Origin: Cyclobacteriaceae bacterium
GTDB taxonomy: Bacteria > Bacteroidota > Bacteroidia > Cytophagales > Cyclobacteriaceae
Direction: 5' to 3'
DNA length: 64,000 bases
Assembly (NCBI GenBank): GCA_019638355.1
Contig: JAHBTY010000003.1
Span: 333,325-397,324, forward strand
Below the pieces are notes generated by a model that worked only from the letters and a program-made list of their open reading frames with translations, was not told the origin of the DNA and did not search any database. The translations under genes were made by a program, and so were the position numbers. Below, piece after piece: positions 30,914 to 41,546 of this stretch; positions within the stretch are counted from its first letter, which is position 1; each line of letters starts with the position of its first letter.

Positions 30914-30944
30914 AGAGGCAGAACCATCATGCAGTTCTGCCTCT
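30914..30944. terminator. Hairpin between convergent genes
   Basis: AGAGGCAGAAC-N9-GTTCTGCCTCT. Confidence 0.65.
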
Positions 30945-30961
30945 GCATTAATGCAATATGT

Positions 30962-32332
30962 TTAAATAATTCCCACCGTGCTTAACAACACCAGGCCTAT
31001 CACGATTGGGCACACAAACCGAATAAAAAATATCCAGATTTGTGCCGGGGTAATACCAGCCACTAAAGGTCTTGCAAAGAATGGCGAACCTTGCTCAATC
31101 TCGTTGCTAACAGTTTTAATGTTAATAACCCAACCGGTGTAAAGGCAAGTCATAAGCGCTACAATTACTATAAACAAGCCGCCAAACAACGCATCCATTA
31201 TATCCAAAAACCCGGTTTTGGTTTCGCCAAATAAATTAAGCGACATGCCGGTGAAAAACTCAGAGGCGCCACCCGATAATGCCGAGGGAATTCCTACCAA
31301 AAAGGCTAAAATGCCTACTACCCACGAAGCCTTTTTTCGATTCCATTTTTTCTCATCTATCAGATACGAGCCGGGTACTTCAATCATGGATATAGATGAG
31401 GTAAGAGCGGCAACACACAATAGTAAAAAGAAGGAAGCCCCTACAATTTGGCCACCGGCTGGTAATGAATTAAAAATTTCAGGAAGAACATTAAATACCA
31501 AGGCTGTTCCTTCCGATGGATTTTTTCCAAAGGCAAATACTGCCGGAAAAATCATCAACCCGGAAAAGAAGGCTACAGCCGTATCCATTACACCAATCCA
31601 GGCTCCGCTACTTACTATGTTTTGTTCCTTAGGAAGGTAAGATCCATAGGTTATAAGAATCCCCCAACCTACCGATAGAGAAAAGAAAGCCTGACCAAGC
31701 GCAGAAAGAATTACGCGGCCATTAATTTTGGTAAAATCAGGGGTGAGATAATATTTTACGCCTTCCATGGCGCCATCCAGGGTAAGGCTTCTGAACATTA
31801 CTGCAAACAATAGGATAAATAATACAGGCATCAGAATTTTAGAAGCCTTTTCAATACCACCCGAAATACCGCCTAGTACAATAGCAATGGAGGCCAACAT
31901 AAATACAGCGAAGAAAGGTATAACATACCCGGGCGAACTTCTGAAGGTATCGAAGTTGGAAATAAAATCAGTGAATTCGCTTATAATGTAGCCGATAGTC
32001 CAACCAGCAATTACACCGTAATAACTCAGTACAAAAAAACTTACGCACAAAGCCAGCACGGCACCGGTGTAAACCCAAAATTTATTAGCGCCTGTACTTT
32101 TAAAGGCCCCCACCGTGTTGCGTGCCGTCATACGGCCTAATGCAACTTCGTTATATATAAGAGGTAAGCCTATCAATACCACACACATAATGTAAACAAA
32201 CACAAAGGCACCACCTCCGTTTTGACCTACTACATAGGGAAACCGCCAAATGTTTCCGAGGCCCACAGCTGATCCGGCTGCAGCCATAATAAAACCAAAC
32301 TTAGAACCGAACTGACCTCTGTTTGCTGACAT
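30962..32332 (-). CDS. Sodium-dependent transporter, NSS/SNF family
   Basis: Minus strand (the track says +): CAT at 32330-32332. AAGSAVGLGNIWRFPY, NGGGAF, AFFSLS. Confidence 0.93.
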   Translation of the reverse strand: MSANRGQFGSKFGFIMAAAGSAVGLGNIWRFPYVVGQNGGGAFVFVYIMCVVLIGLPLIYNEVALGRMTARNTVGAFKSTGANKFWVYTGAVLALCVSFFVLSYYGVIAGWTIGYIISEFTDFISNFDTFRSSPGYVIPFFAVFMLASIAIVLGGISGGIEKASKILMPVLFILLFAVMFRSLTLDGAMEGVKYYLTPDFTKINGRVILSALGQAFFSLSVGWGILITYGSYLPKEQNIVSSGAWIGVMDTAVAFFSGLMIFPAVFAFGKNPSEGTALVFNVLPEIFNSLPAGGQIVGASFFLLLCVAALTSSISMIEVPGSYLIDEKKWNRKKASWVVGILAFLVGIPSALSGGASEFFTGMSLNLFGETKTGFLDIMDALFGGLFIVIVALMTCLYTGWVINIKTVSNEIEQGSPFFARPLVAGITPAQIWIFFIRFVCPIVIGLVLLSTVGII

Positions 32333-32415
32333 AAGTGGGCGTATTAAATTAATGTTAACCGCGAATATGGTAAATTAATTGTACAGCCCAACAGGCGCTG
32401 TTTTGAATGGCATAA

Positions 32416-33312
32416 TTACCTGTTTAACTGGGTTGCTACTAATGCAAGTCCTTCGGTAAAAGTGTGTGGTTTATAACCCAATTCGCGTTGCGCTTTGGTA
32501 ATGACAAACCCCGTTTTGGGTGGTCGCCTGGCGGGTTGTGTGAAAGTTGAGCTATCGGCAGGTTTAATTAACGAAGTATTCAGATTAAAAAAATTGGCAG
32601 TAGCCACTGCAATGTGAAATGGTGTCATCATCTCGTTACCGGAAATATGAAAGATGCCTTTTGCCTTTTGTGATGCGGCAAGAAAGCAACCAACGGCCAG
32701 ATCTTCAGCCAACGTTGGTGTGCGCCACTGATCGTTTACCACGTTAATGGTTTTTCCTTCTGCCAGACTTTTCTTTACCCACAGTACAATGTTGCTACGA
32801 CTCATATCGGGTGTAACACCATATACCAATACAGTGCGTAAAATAGCCCAGCTGATTTTACTTTCTTGAATTAACTTTTCCCCAGCCAGTTTACTTTCGC
32901 CATAATAATTCACGGGGTTGGGTATAGCAGTTTCATCCAATGGCCCATAAGTACCGTCAAAAATAAAGTCGGTAGAAACATGAACCAGGTGTGCATTGGA
33001 TCGCGAGCAGGCTTCAATAATATGCGTTACACCTGTTACGTTTGTAAGCCAGCACTTATCGCGTTCGGTTTCGCATTGATCAACCTGGGTCATGGCTGCG
33101 GTATGAATTACTACATCGGGTTTGGCTGCAGCGATTACTTCTGTGGTTTGATTCTTATTTGTAATATCCAGTTCCGTAAACTGCACGGCAGCTGGAAGGT
33201 CGGCTGGTTTTTTTCTGGCAGTTGCGATGGTTGTTGTATCAGTTTTTGCAGCCAATAACTGAACAAGTTTATAACCTAACAACCCATTTGCTCCGGTAAT
33301 CAGAATGCGCAT
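32416..33312 (-). CDS. dTDP-4-dehydrorhamnose reductase-like SDR (RmlD family)
   Basis: ITGANGLLG, HVSTDFIFDG, YYGESK, DQWRTPT. Confidence 0.85.
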   Translation of the reverse strand: MRILITGANGLLGYKLVQLLAAKTDTTTIATARKKPADLPAAVQFTELDITNKNQTTEVIAAAKPDVVIHTAAMTQVDQCETERDKCWLTNVTGVTHIIEACSRSNAHLVHVSTDFIFDGTYGPLDETAIPNPVNYYGESKLAGEKLIQESKISWAILRTVLVYGVTPDMSRSNIVLWVKKSLAEGKTINVVNDQWRTPTLAEDLAVGCFLAASQKAKGIFHISGNEMMTPFHIAVATANFFNLNTSLIKPADSSTFTQPARRPPKTGFVITKAQRELGYKPHTFTEGLALVATQLNR

Positions 33313-34181
33313 TACTGATTGGGGTATTGGTATCCATAAAGCTCGGTGATTTTTTTTCTGGGAAGTTCTTCTACTGTAACAGTCATTCGAACATCGTCCA
33401 CCGGGCGTTCTTGTTGTGTGGGCACTGCAGCAATCTTATCAAGTACATCAAGGCCACTGATTACTTTTCCAAATACAGTGTACTCGCCATCTAAATGCGG
33501 TGCACCACCTATGGTTGTGTAAGCCTTTAATTTTTCGGGCGAAACTTCCTTGTGTATTTTTTGTCCGGTCATTTTCTCCAGCCGGGGTACCAGGCTGTTT
33601 ATTTTTGTTTGATAAGCTTGCATATCGCCCGTCATATAAATTTGATTCAGGGTATCAATCAATGGTTGATTCTTTGGATCGCGCAGGATGGTTTGAAAGG
33701 CCGCATTCATTTTGAATTGATCGATTCGTAACGCATCGGCATTGGCTTGTGGTATAACGGTTCCCTGAACAATATAAAATTGGCTGCCACTGGAAGCTTT
33801 TGAAGGATTTTGGGCATCGCCTAAGCGGGCTGCTGATAAGGCTCCTTTTTCATGAAAAAACTTAGTGTTGAATTCAGCGGGCACCGTGTAACCTGGCCCA
33901 CCCATGCCTAATTGTTGGCCTGGGGCGGCATTCTTAGAATCCGGATCACCACCCTGAATCATAAATCCTTGAATGATCCGATGAAACAACAGGTCGTTGT
34001 AAAAACCTTCTTTGGCCAGTTTAATGAAATTCGCTTTATGCAATGGGGTTTCGTCATACAGCACGGCAATCATATCACCGTGGGTGGTTTTTATAATAAC
34101 TAATGTATCGGAGTTGTTGCTGGCGCATTGCGTACCTAACAATAAACAACTGCATGCCAGTATCGTTAATAGTTTTTTCAT
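33312..34181 (-). CDS. Exported cyclophilin-type peptidyl-prolyl isomerase with internal insertion
   Basis: FHRIIQGFMIQGGDP, SSGSQFYIV, PHLDGEYTVFGKV. Confidence 0.92.
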   Translation of the reverse strand: MKKLLTILACSCLLLGTQCASNNSDTLVIIKTTHGDMIAVLYDETPLHKANFIKLAKEGFYNDLLFHRIIQGFMIQGGDPDSKNAAPGQQLGMGGPGYTVPAEFNTKFFHEKGALSAARLGDAQNPSKASSGSQFYIVQGTVIPQANADALRIDQFKMNAAFQTILRDPKNQPLIDTLNQIYMTGDMQAYQTKINSLVPRLEKMTGQKIHKEVSPEKLKAYTTIGGAPHLDGEYTVFGKVISGLDVLDKIAAVPTQQERPVDDVRMTVTVEELPRKKITELYGYQYPNQ

Positions 34182-34191
34182 ATTGGGTTGT

Positions 34192-35316
34192 TCAGGATTT
34201 TAAAACGTTGGCTATTTGTAAGGATAAATCTAAAAAAATCATTTTGGCACTTCCGTTTCGCTCGAGATGATAATGTGCCGTGCTGATGAGTGTGTTAACA
34301 GCAGCAATTTTATCTACCGTCATTACTTTGCTGAAGTCTTTAACGAATTTTAGTTCTCCGCTCTTGGCACGGCTAATGGCCTCCGCTCCGCTTCGGTGTA
34401 GTAGTGTTTCGCGCATTAAGGCTAATCCGTATAATAAAAGGTTGCGTTGGTTCAGTTTATCCAATTCATGGAAATCATCGGCAAAAGTTACAAGCTTTTG
34501 GTAATCGCGTTTGAAGCATGAACGCATCCAATCGGCAAACGTATCGGCATAATAATCTTCTCCGCTATCGGTTAGTTTAATGGCAAGGTTTAGGTTGCCA
34601 TCGGCCAATTGTACGATTTCGGATCGCCTGGCTTCATCTACCGAAAGTTTTTCATGCAGATAGGCATCAATATCTGTATCGGTAAGTAAGGGTACTTGTA
34701 CCAGTTGAGTGCGCGATAGAACGGTGGGTAGTAACCGCTCGGCTGCATTGCTAACCAGCAGAAAAAAAGTATTGGGTGGTGGTTCTTCCAGAATTTTAAG
34801 AATGCCGTTTGCCGCGGATGGATGCATCAACTCTGGTTGCCAGATCAGCATTACCTTATACTTGCTCTCAAAGGGTTTCAGCGCCAGTGTGCGAATAATT
34901 TCCCGACTCGTTTCAACTGAAATAGAAGCGGGTTTGTCTTCACCCTCGTAGGTATTAATCCAAGCACTTAAATCATCAAACGGTTGATTCAATAAGAAGT
35001 TCCTCCATTGTTTGAGTGTTTCTGCTTTTACCTGATCGGAATCTTCGCTTTTTGTTATAGAGCGAAACGGAAAAACAAAACTGGTATCGGGGTGTATGTA
35101 CTTCAGGTTTTTACTGCACGCGGAACACGTTCCGCATGAATCATGTTCGCCTTTTTTTTCGCAATGCAGGTAAGTAGCGTAGGCCAGTGCCAACGGTAGG
35201 TTAAGTGCTCCGGCCTTGCCTAAAAACAATTGCGCGTGGGCAATGTGATTTTGTTTAACCGAATCTACAAGCCGGGCTTTGAGATCTGCTAATCCTGGAA
35301 TGTCAGCGAATTTCAC
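34192..35316 (-). CDS. holB: DNA polymerase III delta' subunit
   Basis: AHAQLF, CGTCSAC, HPD, AANGILKILEEPP, LPTVLSR; GTG start. Confidence 0.9.
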   Translation of the reverse strand: MKFADIPGLADLKARLVDSVKQNHIAHAQLFLGKAGALNLPLALAYATYLHCEKKGEHDSCGTCSACSKNLKYIHPDTSFVFPFRSITKSEDSDQVKAETLKQWRNFLLNQPFDDLSAWINTYEGEDKPASISVETSREIIRTLALKPFESKYKVMLIWQPELMHPSAANGILKILEEPPPNTFFLLVSNAAERLLPTVLSRTQLVQVPLLTDTDIDAYLHEKLSVDEARRSEIVQLADGNLNLAIKLTDSGEDYYADTFADWMRSCFKRDYQKLVTFADDFHELDKLNQRNLLLYGLALMRETLLHRSGAEAISRAKSGELKFVKDFSKVMTVDKIAAVNTLISTAHYHLERNGSAKMIFLDLSLQIANVLKS

Positions 35317-35327
35317 GTTTTAAATGA

Positions 35328-36518
35328 TTAAGATTTCTTTTCCCACACGCGGTATGCAGCGGAGTCTTCAAATACTTTTTTCAGAATCAGCTTGTCAGCT
35401 TCGCTCAAAGCTATATTTCTTCGTTCCATCGCCTTGGCGGCTGTATCCAATGCTTTATTAAGCTGATAGGTTGTAAAGCCGGCAGCGCCACCCCATGCAA
35501 ATGAAGGAATAAAATTGCGCGGATAACCATCACCAAAAATACTGGCGCTCACTCCCACTACGGTACCTGAATTAAACATGGTATTAATACCGCATTTACT
35601 ATGGTCGCCAAACATTAAACCACAAAACATAAGGCCGGTGTCTTTAAAGCCACCTTTGGCATAGCTCCACAGTTTTATGTTTTCGTAGTTGTTTTTCAGG
35701 TTTGAAGTATTGGTATCGGCACCAATGTTGCACCACTCGCCCAAAACAGAATTACCTAAAAAGCCATCATGTGCTTTATTGCTGTAACCAAATATGACGG
35801 AATTACTCACCTCTCCACCAATTTTTGAGTAAGGTCCAACGGTTGTATCGCCTCGTACTTTAGCACCCATGTTTACGTGCGAATCTTCGCATAATGCAAA
35901 TGGCCCGCGGATCAGTGCACCTTCCTGCACAAAAGAATTTTTACCAAGATAAATCGGGCCATTCTCCGCATTTAAAACAGCTGCTCGTACTTTGGCACCT
36001 TCTTCCAGAAATATTTGTGAAGGGTTATAAACACGGGTATGTGCATCGGCCACACCAATAGATTTTCTTCCGGCCGTCAGCAATTCAAAATCGGCACGTA
36101 TCTGTGCACCATTGTGTTGATAGATTTTCCAAACCTGATCAATCAGCGTAAGCGAACCAGGAAATTCTTTTTTGCTTTGAGTACCGATTTCCGAAAATTG
36201 TTTCCCGGCTGTGCGGGCTGCGATTATCAGGCCGTTTTGAATCAGGATTTGTTCTGGCTTTAAATCCAAAATTGCTGCGGTAAGTTCTGCAGTAGGGCAG
36301 GCCGCACCATTAATCCAGAGGTTATCGGTGGTTGTAAGTAGCGGAAACTTATCGCTCAGGTAATTTTCGGTTGCAAAAGATCCTTTACTCCTCAAATGCT
36401 TTTCCCATTTTTCGGCAATGGTTAGAATGCCAATGCGAATGGCTGCAACGGGTCGCGTAAATGTGAAAGGCAAAAGACTCTTTCGGATTTCCGGATGATC
36501 GAATAAGATCAGATTCAT
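35328..36518 (-). CDS. Putative sugar-nucleotidyltransferase with hexapeptide repeats (GlmU-like)
   Basis: LLPFTFTRPVAAIRIGILTI; left-handed beta-helix repeats; NIGADTNTSNLKN. Confidence 0.8.
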   Translation of the reverse strand: MNLILFDHPEIRKSLLPFTFTRPVAAIRIGILTIAEKWEKHLRSKGSFATENYLSDKFPLLTTTDNLWINGAACPTAELTAAILDLKPEQILIQNGLIIAARTAGKQFSEIGTQSKKEFPGSLTLIDQVWKIYQHNGAQIRADFELLTAGRKSIGVADAHTRVYNPSQIFLEEGAKVRAAVLNAENGPIYLGKNSFVQEGALIRGPFALCEDSHVNMGAKVRGDTTVGPYSKIGGEVSNSVIFGYSNKAHDGFLGNSVLGEWCNIGADTNTSNLKNNYENIKLWSYAKGGFKDTGLMFCGLMFGDHSKCGINTMFNSGTVVGVSASIFGDGYPRNFIPSFAWGGAAGFTTYQLNKALDTAAKAMERRNIALSEADKLILKKVFEDSAAYRVWEKKS

Positions 36519-36579
36519 GTTGCTAAAATAGGTTTACCGGTTGCGATGGCCAAACCTGAAGGTGTAGAAGAAAAAATAA

Positions 36580-36604
36580 AAGGTCTCGCGTGGGGCGAGA
36601 CCTT
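36580..36604 (-). terminator. Intrinsic terminator of rpmE
   Basis: AAGGTCTCGC-N5-GCGAGACCTT followed by a T-tract on the minus strand. Confidence 0.8.
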
Positions 36605-36632
36605 GAAACAAAAACGCGCTAAGAAGAATATC

Positions 36633-36878
36633 TTATTTTTTACCGTATTTCTTCTGGAATTTCTCTACGCGACCAGCAGTATCTACAAACATTTTCTTGC
36701 CGGTAAAGAATGGATGCGAAGCTGAGCTAACTTCCACTTTAATTACCGGATACTCCTTGCCGTCTTCCCACTTGATGGTTTCTTTTGGAACTGACGTAGA
36801 GCGACTCAAAAACTTGAAATCGCTTGAAGTATCCCAGAAAACTACTTCTTTATACTCAGGATGAATGCCTTTTTTCAT
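36633..36878 (-). CDS. rpmE: 50S ribosomal protein L31, type B (no Zn-binding cysteines)
   Basis: [37 protein letters not shown]; 81 aa from ATG 36878. Confidence 0.95.
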   Translation of the reverse strand: MKKGIHPEYKEVVFWDTSSDFKFLSRSTSVPKETIKWEDGKEYPVIKVEVSSASHPFFTGKKMFVDTAGRVEKFQKKYGKK

Positions 36879-36900
36879 ATTAATCTTGCTTAAAGGACTG

Positions 36901-36930
36901 CAAAAGTAGAAAAATCGTCCCGATTTGCAA
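36901..36930 (-). promoter_or_regulatory. -33/-7 promoter of rpmE
   Basis: TTG-N19-TACTTTTG on the minus strand. Confidence 0.65.
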
Positions 36931-36994
36931 GACCAAACCAACCAATTTGGGCAAAAAATAGAAAGGTTGTATTTTGGAACCAAAATGGAACCAT

Positions 36995-37234
36995 ATGGCT
37001 AATATAACGGTGAAGGGAATACCCGAAAAACTATACGATCAGTTAAAAACAAGGGCAAAGCGGAATAACCGTAGTCTGAACAGCGAGATTATATTAAGTA
37101 TTCAGCTACATACGCATCGTACCGAAAGTAATACCGCTAAGATTTTAGATCTGGCGCGGAAGGCTCAGGCAATGGGCAAAGGTTTTTTGGATGATCAGGG
37201 TATTCAGTTGGCAAAATCGGAAGGTCGCAAATGA
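36995..37234 (+). CDS. FitA/Arc-like ribbon-helix-helix antitoxin
   Basis: [33 protein letters not shown]; stop overlaps the PIN gene start (ATGA). Confidence 0.85.
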   Translation: MANITVKGIPEKLYDQLKTRAKRNNRSLNSEIILSIQLHTHRTESNTAKILDLARKAQAMGKGFLDDQGIQLAKSEGRK

Positions 37235-37641
37235 TTGTTGTTGATACCAATGTGCTTGCCTATTTCTGGCTGAAATCTCCGTACTTTGATCAAGTGGCGC
37301 GATTGTATGAGGCCGATCCCGAGTGGATTGTTCCCGATTTGTGTAAAAGTGAATTTAGAAACATAGCAGCTGGTTATTTACGCAAAGGATTTTATACTCT
37401 TGAAGAGCTAAACTGGATAATATTTAATAAAGAAAACAAGTTGTTGGGATCTTACCTTGAGGTTGACTCAACTGATGTAATGAGTCTTGTAAATCAATCT
37501 ACATGCTCGGCTTATGATTGTGAATTTGTAGCGCTAGCTAAAAGCATGGGTAAATCATTGGTAACGTACGATAAAAAAGTCCTAACTGAATTTTCAATGG
37601 TAGCTGTATCAGTAGAGCAATTTCTAGGTAAGTACTTATGA
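37231..37641 (+). CDS. vapC: PIN-domain toxin, VapC family
   Basis: VVDTNV, SEFRN, SAYDCEFVALA, VTYDKK: four acidic catalytic positions present. Confidence 0.9.
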   Translation: MIVVDTNVLAYFWLKSPYFDQVARLYEADPEWIVPDLCKSEFRNIAAGYLRKGFYTLEELNWIIFNKENKLLGSYLEVDSTDVMSLVNQSTCSAYDCEFVALAKSMGKSLVTYDKKVLTEFSMVAVSVEQFLGKYL

Positions 37642-39305
37642 GGTTAGTTTTTCTTGTTTTATTGATTGTAAATACAATCGCCAATGCCCAAAGCACCAAC
37701 GCTCCGCTTAATAGTGATTATTATTATGGGCTGGATCGGTACGAAATCAAATCCGGAAAAATCAGCCCCCAGTTATTTACAACCGTAAAACCCTATAAGC
37801 GCGATGCTATTGTTCGATACATAGATACCCTGAAAGCAAGTGGAGAAATTTTTACTTCAAGCAGTGATCAATTTAATCTGGAGTTTTTTCGAAACGATAG
37901 TTGGGAGTGGAGCCGCACAGAAAGTAATACCAGTAAAAAACCAATTTTAAAGCAACTCTATAAAAAGAAGTCTGATCTTACTTACGTGGATATTCCAGAG
38001 TTTGATATACACGTTAACCCGGTTTTATACCTGGGTGCAGGAAAAGACAATAACCGCGATGAATTAATAACCATTAACACACGTGGTGTGGAAATACGCG
38101 GTATGGTAGATCGGAAAATCGGTTTCTATACCTATGTGGGCGAGAACCAGGCCATATTACCGCAGTATGTTGCCGATGAAGTAACCCGCAATCGTGTTGT
38201 TCCCCACGAAGGTTTTTGGAAAACATTTAAAGATACCGGAGTAGATTTTTTTGAAGCCCGTGCTTACATCGACTTTAACGTAAGCAAACATATTTATATG
38301 CAGTTTGGTAACGATCGTACCTTTATTGGTAATGGCTACCGGTCACTGATCTTTTCCGATTACTCCCCACCCAATCTTTTTTTGCGCACCAATGTAAAGG
38401 TATGGAAAATCAATTACTTGTTTCAACTTAACCGCATGGCAGCTAATGCCCGCACCCCGGGCAACAAACGATATCCTGAAAAGTTTATAGCATTTCATCA
38501 TGCTTCGTTAAATATTGGTAAAAAGTTAAATGTTGGTTTATTTGAATCAGTTGTATTTAGCCCGAAGGATTCGGTTAATAACAACACGTTTGACTTCAGT
38601 TACCTGAACCCTGTTATATTCTACCGAGCCATCGAACAACAATTCGGGAGTAGCGATAATGCAATACTGGGTGCCGATATTAAATGGAATGCGTTTAAAA
38701 AAGTTTCGTTTTATGGGCAATTGGTGCTGGATGAATTTCTGTTGGAAGAAATCATGGCTGGCAATGGCTGGTGGGCAAATAAATATGCCATTCAGGGCGG
38801 GGTAAAATATATTGATGCTTTTGGCGTCTCTAACCTCGATATACAGGCAGAAATAAATCGCGTGCGGCCATACACTTATTCGCATTATTCACAATATGGA
38901 AGTTACAGCAACTACCGGCAGGCATTGGCACATCCGCTGGGCGCTAACTTTAATGAAGTTGTGGGTATTATTCGCTACCAACCGCTACCTCGAATCAATT
39001 TTACATTAAAAGCATTTTATGCTAAAATAGGCCGTGATAATACAGATGAGAATTGGGGAGGTAATATCTTGCTTGGCTACCAGTTGCGCGAGCGTGAATA
39101 TGGTAACGTAGTCGGTCAGGGTATTTCCAATACAATTGCTACAGTAGATTTCAATGCCTCTTATATGTTAAAACATAATTTATTTATAGATGCGAGACAA
39201 ATAGTAAGGCAAAGCACAAGCGAACTGGCAACTTATAATTATAATACAACACTTACTTCATTAGCTTTACGCTGGAATATTCCGCAACGCTCGTACGATT
39301 TTTAA
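37638..39305 (+). CDS. Outer-membrane beta-barrel protein (capsule-assembly Wzi-like)
   Basis: Signal peptide; FGNDRTFIGNGYRSL, YLNPVIFYRAIE, FYGQLVLDEF, HPLGANF; terminal Phe. Confidence 0.65.
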   Translation: MRLVFLVLLIVNTIANAQSTNAPLNSDYYYGLDRYEIKSGKISPQLFTTVKPYKRDAIVRYIDTLKASGEIFTSSSDQFNLEFFRNDSWEWSRTESNTSKKPILKQLYKKKSDLTYVDIPEFDIHVNPVLYLGAGKDNNRDELITINTRGVEIRGMVDRKIGFYTYVGENQAILPQYVADEVTRNRVVPHEGFWKTFKDTGVDFFEARAYIDFNVSKHIYMQFGNDRTFIGNGYRSLIFSDYSPPNLFLRTNVKVWKINYLFQLNRMAANARTPGNKRYPEKFIAFHHASLNIGKKLNVGLFESVVFSPKDSVNNNTFDFSYLNPVIFYRAIEQQFGSSDNAILGADIKWNAFKKVSFYGQLVLDEFLLEEIMAGNGWWANKYAIQGGVKYIDAFGVSNLDIQAEINRVRPYTYSHYSQYGSYSNYRQALAHPLGANFNEVVGIIRYQPLPRINFTLKAFYAKIGRDNTDENWGGNILLGYQLREREYGNVVGQGISNTIATVDFNASYMLKHNLFIDARQIVRQSTSELATYNYNTTLTSLALRWNIPQRSYDF

Positions 39306-39313
39306 GTATTAGA

Positions 39314-41140
39314 ATGAATACATTTTTCAGAGTTCTTGCATATGCTAATAAATTACGAACCCGCCTCGTTTTCTTTTTCTTTTATTCTATACTGGGTGTA
39401 GTTTTTGGTACGTTTAATATCGTACTGGTTATGCCCATGTTGGATGTGTTGTTCAATCAAACCGCAGCAGCATCCGCGCCACCCATGCCACCATTTGAGC
39501 TTACGGTAGATTTTGTAAAGGGCGCATTCAATCACATATTTATTCAAATTGTGCAACACGATGGCCCGCTCCGAGCGCTATTGTTTGTTTGTGCCTTGAT
39601 TGTTGTTTGTGTAATACTGGCAAATTTGTTTCGCTACCTCGAGCGGGTAATTGCCACCAAGTTACGGGTGGACCTGGTGCGCAACATCCGGCTGGATATT
39701 TTCAGCAAAGTAACACGCCTGCATATTGGTTATTTTAATAATGAACGCAAAGGCGATTTAATCTCGCGGTTTACCAACGATGTAAACGAAGTTGAGAATG
39801 CAGTAATGAATAGCCTGAAAGTAGTATTGAAAGAACCTATTACCATTTTGTTCTCGTTTTTTTTGCTATTTAAAATTTCACCACAATTAACATTATTTAC
39901 GTTGTTGGTATTACCGCTTACCGGGGGTGTGTTAGCCGAAATTATAAAACGCTTAAAACGTAAGGCCACCCAAAGCCAGGAATCATTAGGGCGAATACTC
40001 AATATTCTGGATGAAACATTCGGAGGTATGCGGGTTATTAAAGCCTTTAATGCGCGCAACTTCGTGATTTCAAAAATTGAAGCGGAGAGCGGTTTTTACA
40101 GAAAAACCGTAAAATCAATAGCTTATAAAAACGAACTAGCATCTCCGGTTTCAGAAATTTTGGGAGTAATGATAATTGCGGGTATAATTTTTTTTGGCGG
40201 CAATATGGTGCTAAATGAAAGTTCTACCCTAAAACCTTCAGCGTTTATGACTTTTCTGGCTGTATTTGCATTAATTATTCAGCCAGCCAAGAATTTTTCG
40301 AATGGTATAACTGCGTTGCAACGCGGCACAGCTTCGGCACGCAGAATTTTTGCATTGATTGATCAGGTGCCGGCTATCCAAAATAAACCCGATGCAAAAG
40401 AGTTAAAATCATTTGAACGCACGATTACTTTTAAAGCAGTAAGCTTTGCCTACGATACTGAAAAAGTATTGAAGAACATCAACCTTACAATCCCAAAAGG
40501 AAAAACGTTAGCATTGGTAGGTCCATCGGGTGGAGGAAAATCTACCTTGGCCGATCTGGTACCACGGTTTTACGATCCTACAGAAGGCGAAGTGTTGATT
40601 GATGGTGTTTCCTTAAAAGATTATGATCTGGATAGCATTCGTAATCATATCGGTGTGGTTACACAAGAGTCAATTTTATTTAACGACACCATATTTAACA
40701 ACATTGCATTTGGTATGCCACATGTAAGTGAAGCCGATGTAATTCAGGCTGCAAAAATTGCCAATGCGCATGACTTCATCATGCAAACTGAAAATGGGTA
40801 TCAAACCCTGATTGGGGAGCGGGGTTCCAAACTTTCGGGCGGGCAGCGCCAGCGGTTAAGCATTGCGCGGGCGGTACTAAAGAATCCGCCCATTCTGATT
40901 TTGGACGAAGCCACATCGGCTTTAGATTCTGAATCAGAAAAGTTGGTACAGGAAGCACTCTATAATTTAATGAAAAACCGTACCTCTATTGTAATCGCAC
41001 ACAGGCTAAGCACCATTCAGCATGCCGATGAGATTGTAGTAATACAAAATGGTGAAATTGCCGAGCGTGGTACACACGAACAACTAAATAGTCAGAACGG
41101 CCTTTACCGCAAATTGGTCTCCATTCAAAATACCGATTAG
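39314..41140 (+). CDS. ABC exporter, MsbA-like (TMD+NBD)
   Basis: Walker A GPSGGGKST, signature LSGGQRQR, Walker B ILILDEATS, IAHRLSTI. Confidence 0.92.
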   Translation: MNTFFRVLAYANKLRTRLVFFFFYSILGVVFGTFNIVLVMPMLDVLFNQTAAASAPPMPPFELTVDFVKGAFNHIFIQIVQHDGPLRALLFVCALIVVCVILANLFRYLERVIATKLRVDLVRNIRLDIFSKVTRLHIGYFNNERKGDLISRFTNDVNEVENAVMNSLKVVLKEPITILFSFFLLFKISPQLTLFTLLVLPLTGGVLAEIIKRLKRKATQSQESLGRILNILDETFGGMRVIKAFNARNFVISKIEAESGFYRKTVKSIAYKNELASPVSEILGVMIIAGIIFFGGNMVLNESSTLKPSAFMTFLAVFALIIQPAKNFSNGITALQRGTASARRIFALIDQVPAIQNKPDAKELKSFERTITFKAVSFAYDTEKVLKNINLTIPKGKTLALVGPSGGGKSTLADLVPRFYDPTEGEVLIDGVSLKDYDLDSIRNHIGVVTQESILFNDTIFNNIAFGMPHVSEADVIQAAKIANAHDFIMQTENGYQTLIGERGSKLSGGQRQRLSIARAVLKNPPILILDEATSALDSESEKLVQEALYNLMKNRTSIVIAHRLSTIQHADEIVVIQNGEIAERGTHEQLNSQNGLYRKLVSIQNTD

Positions 41141-41219
41141 CCTTGCAAGGTTTTGATACTAATTGCATTTTAGCTTTACCTGAAAAAGCCTATGTTTGTT
41201 ACGATTAACGAACTTTTGA

Positions 41220-41546
41220 ATGAACCAGCGTAGGCGTATATTTTTTGCCATTTTCGGATTATATCACATCTTCATTTTCATGTTTGTGATGTATGTAGAG
41301 TCCAGAAAAGATTTGAGCGATTTACTTAGCCTTTATAGCTCAGTAAAACTATTTAAATACGGAGCGCTGCTGGGAGTTGTGTTATTCATAATAGATGTGA
41401 TTTGGCATTTTGTGGAACTACGGGTAACGCGCAAAGAACACGAATCTTTGCGCCATGAAAACAACACGCTTAAAGCCAGGGTGTATGATTTACAACAATC
41501 CACGAAACAGCCGGTTAAAGAAACTCCTGCTTCTGGTACAAAATGA
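41220..41546 (+). CDS. Small 2-TM membrane protein with C-terminal coiled coil
   Basis: Two hydrophobic helices, then heptad-like [21 protein letters not shown]; stop overlaps the gmhA start. Confidence 0.7.
   Translation: MNQRRRIFFAIFGLYHIFIFMFVMYVESRKDLSDLLSLYSSVKLFKYGALLGVVLFIIDVIWHFVELRVTRKEHESLRHENNTLKARVYDLQQSTKQPVKETPASGTK

Noticed and set aside
30962-32332. ORF track labels the NSS transporter as + strand
   Set aside because: CAT at 32330-32332 and TTA at 30962 show it is on the minus strand.
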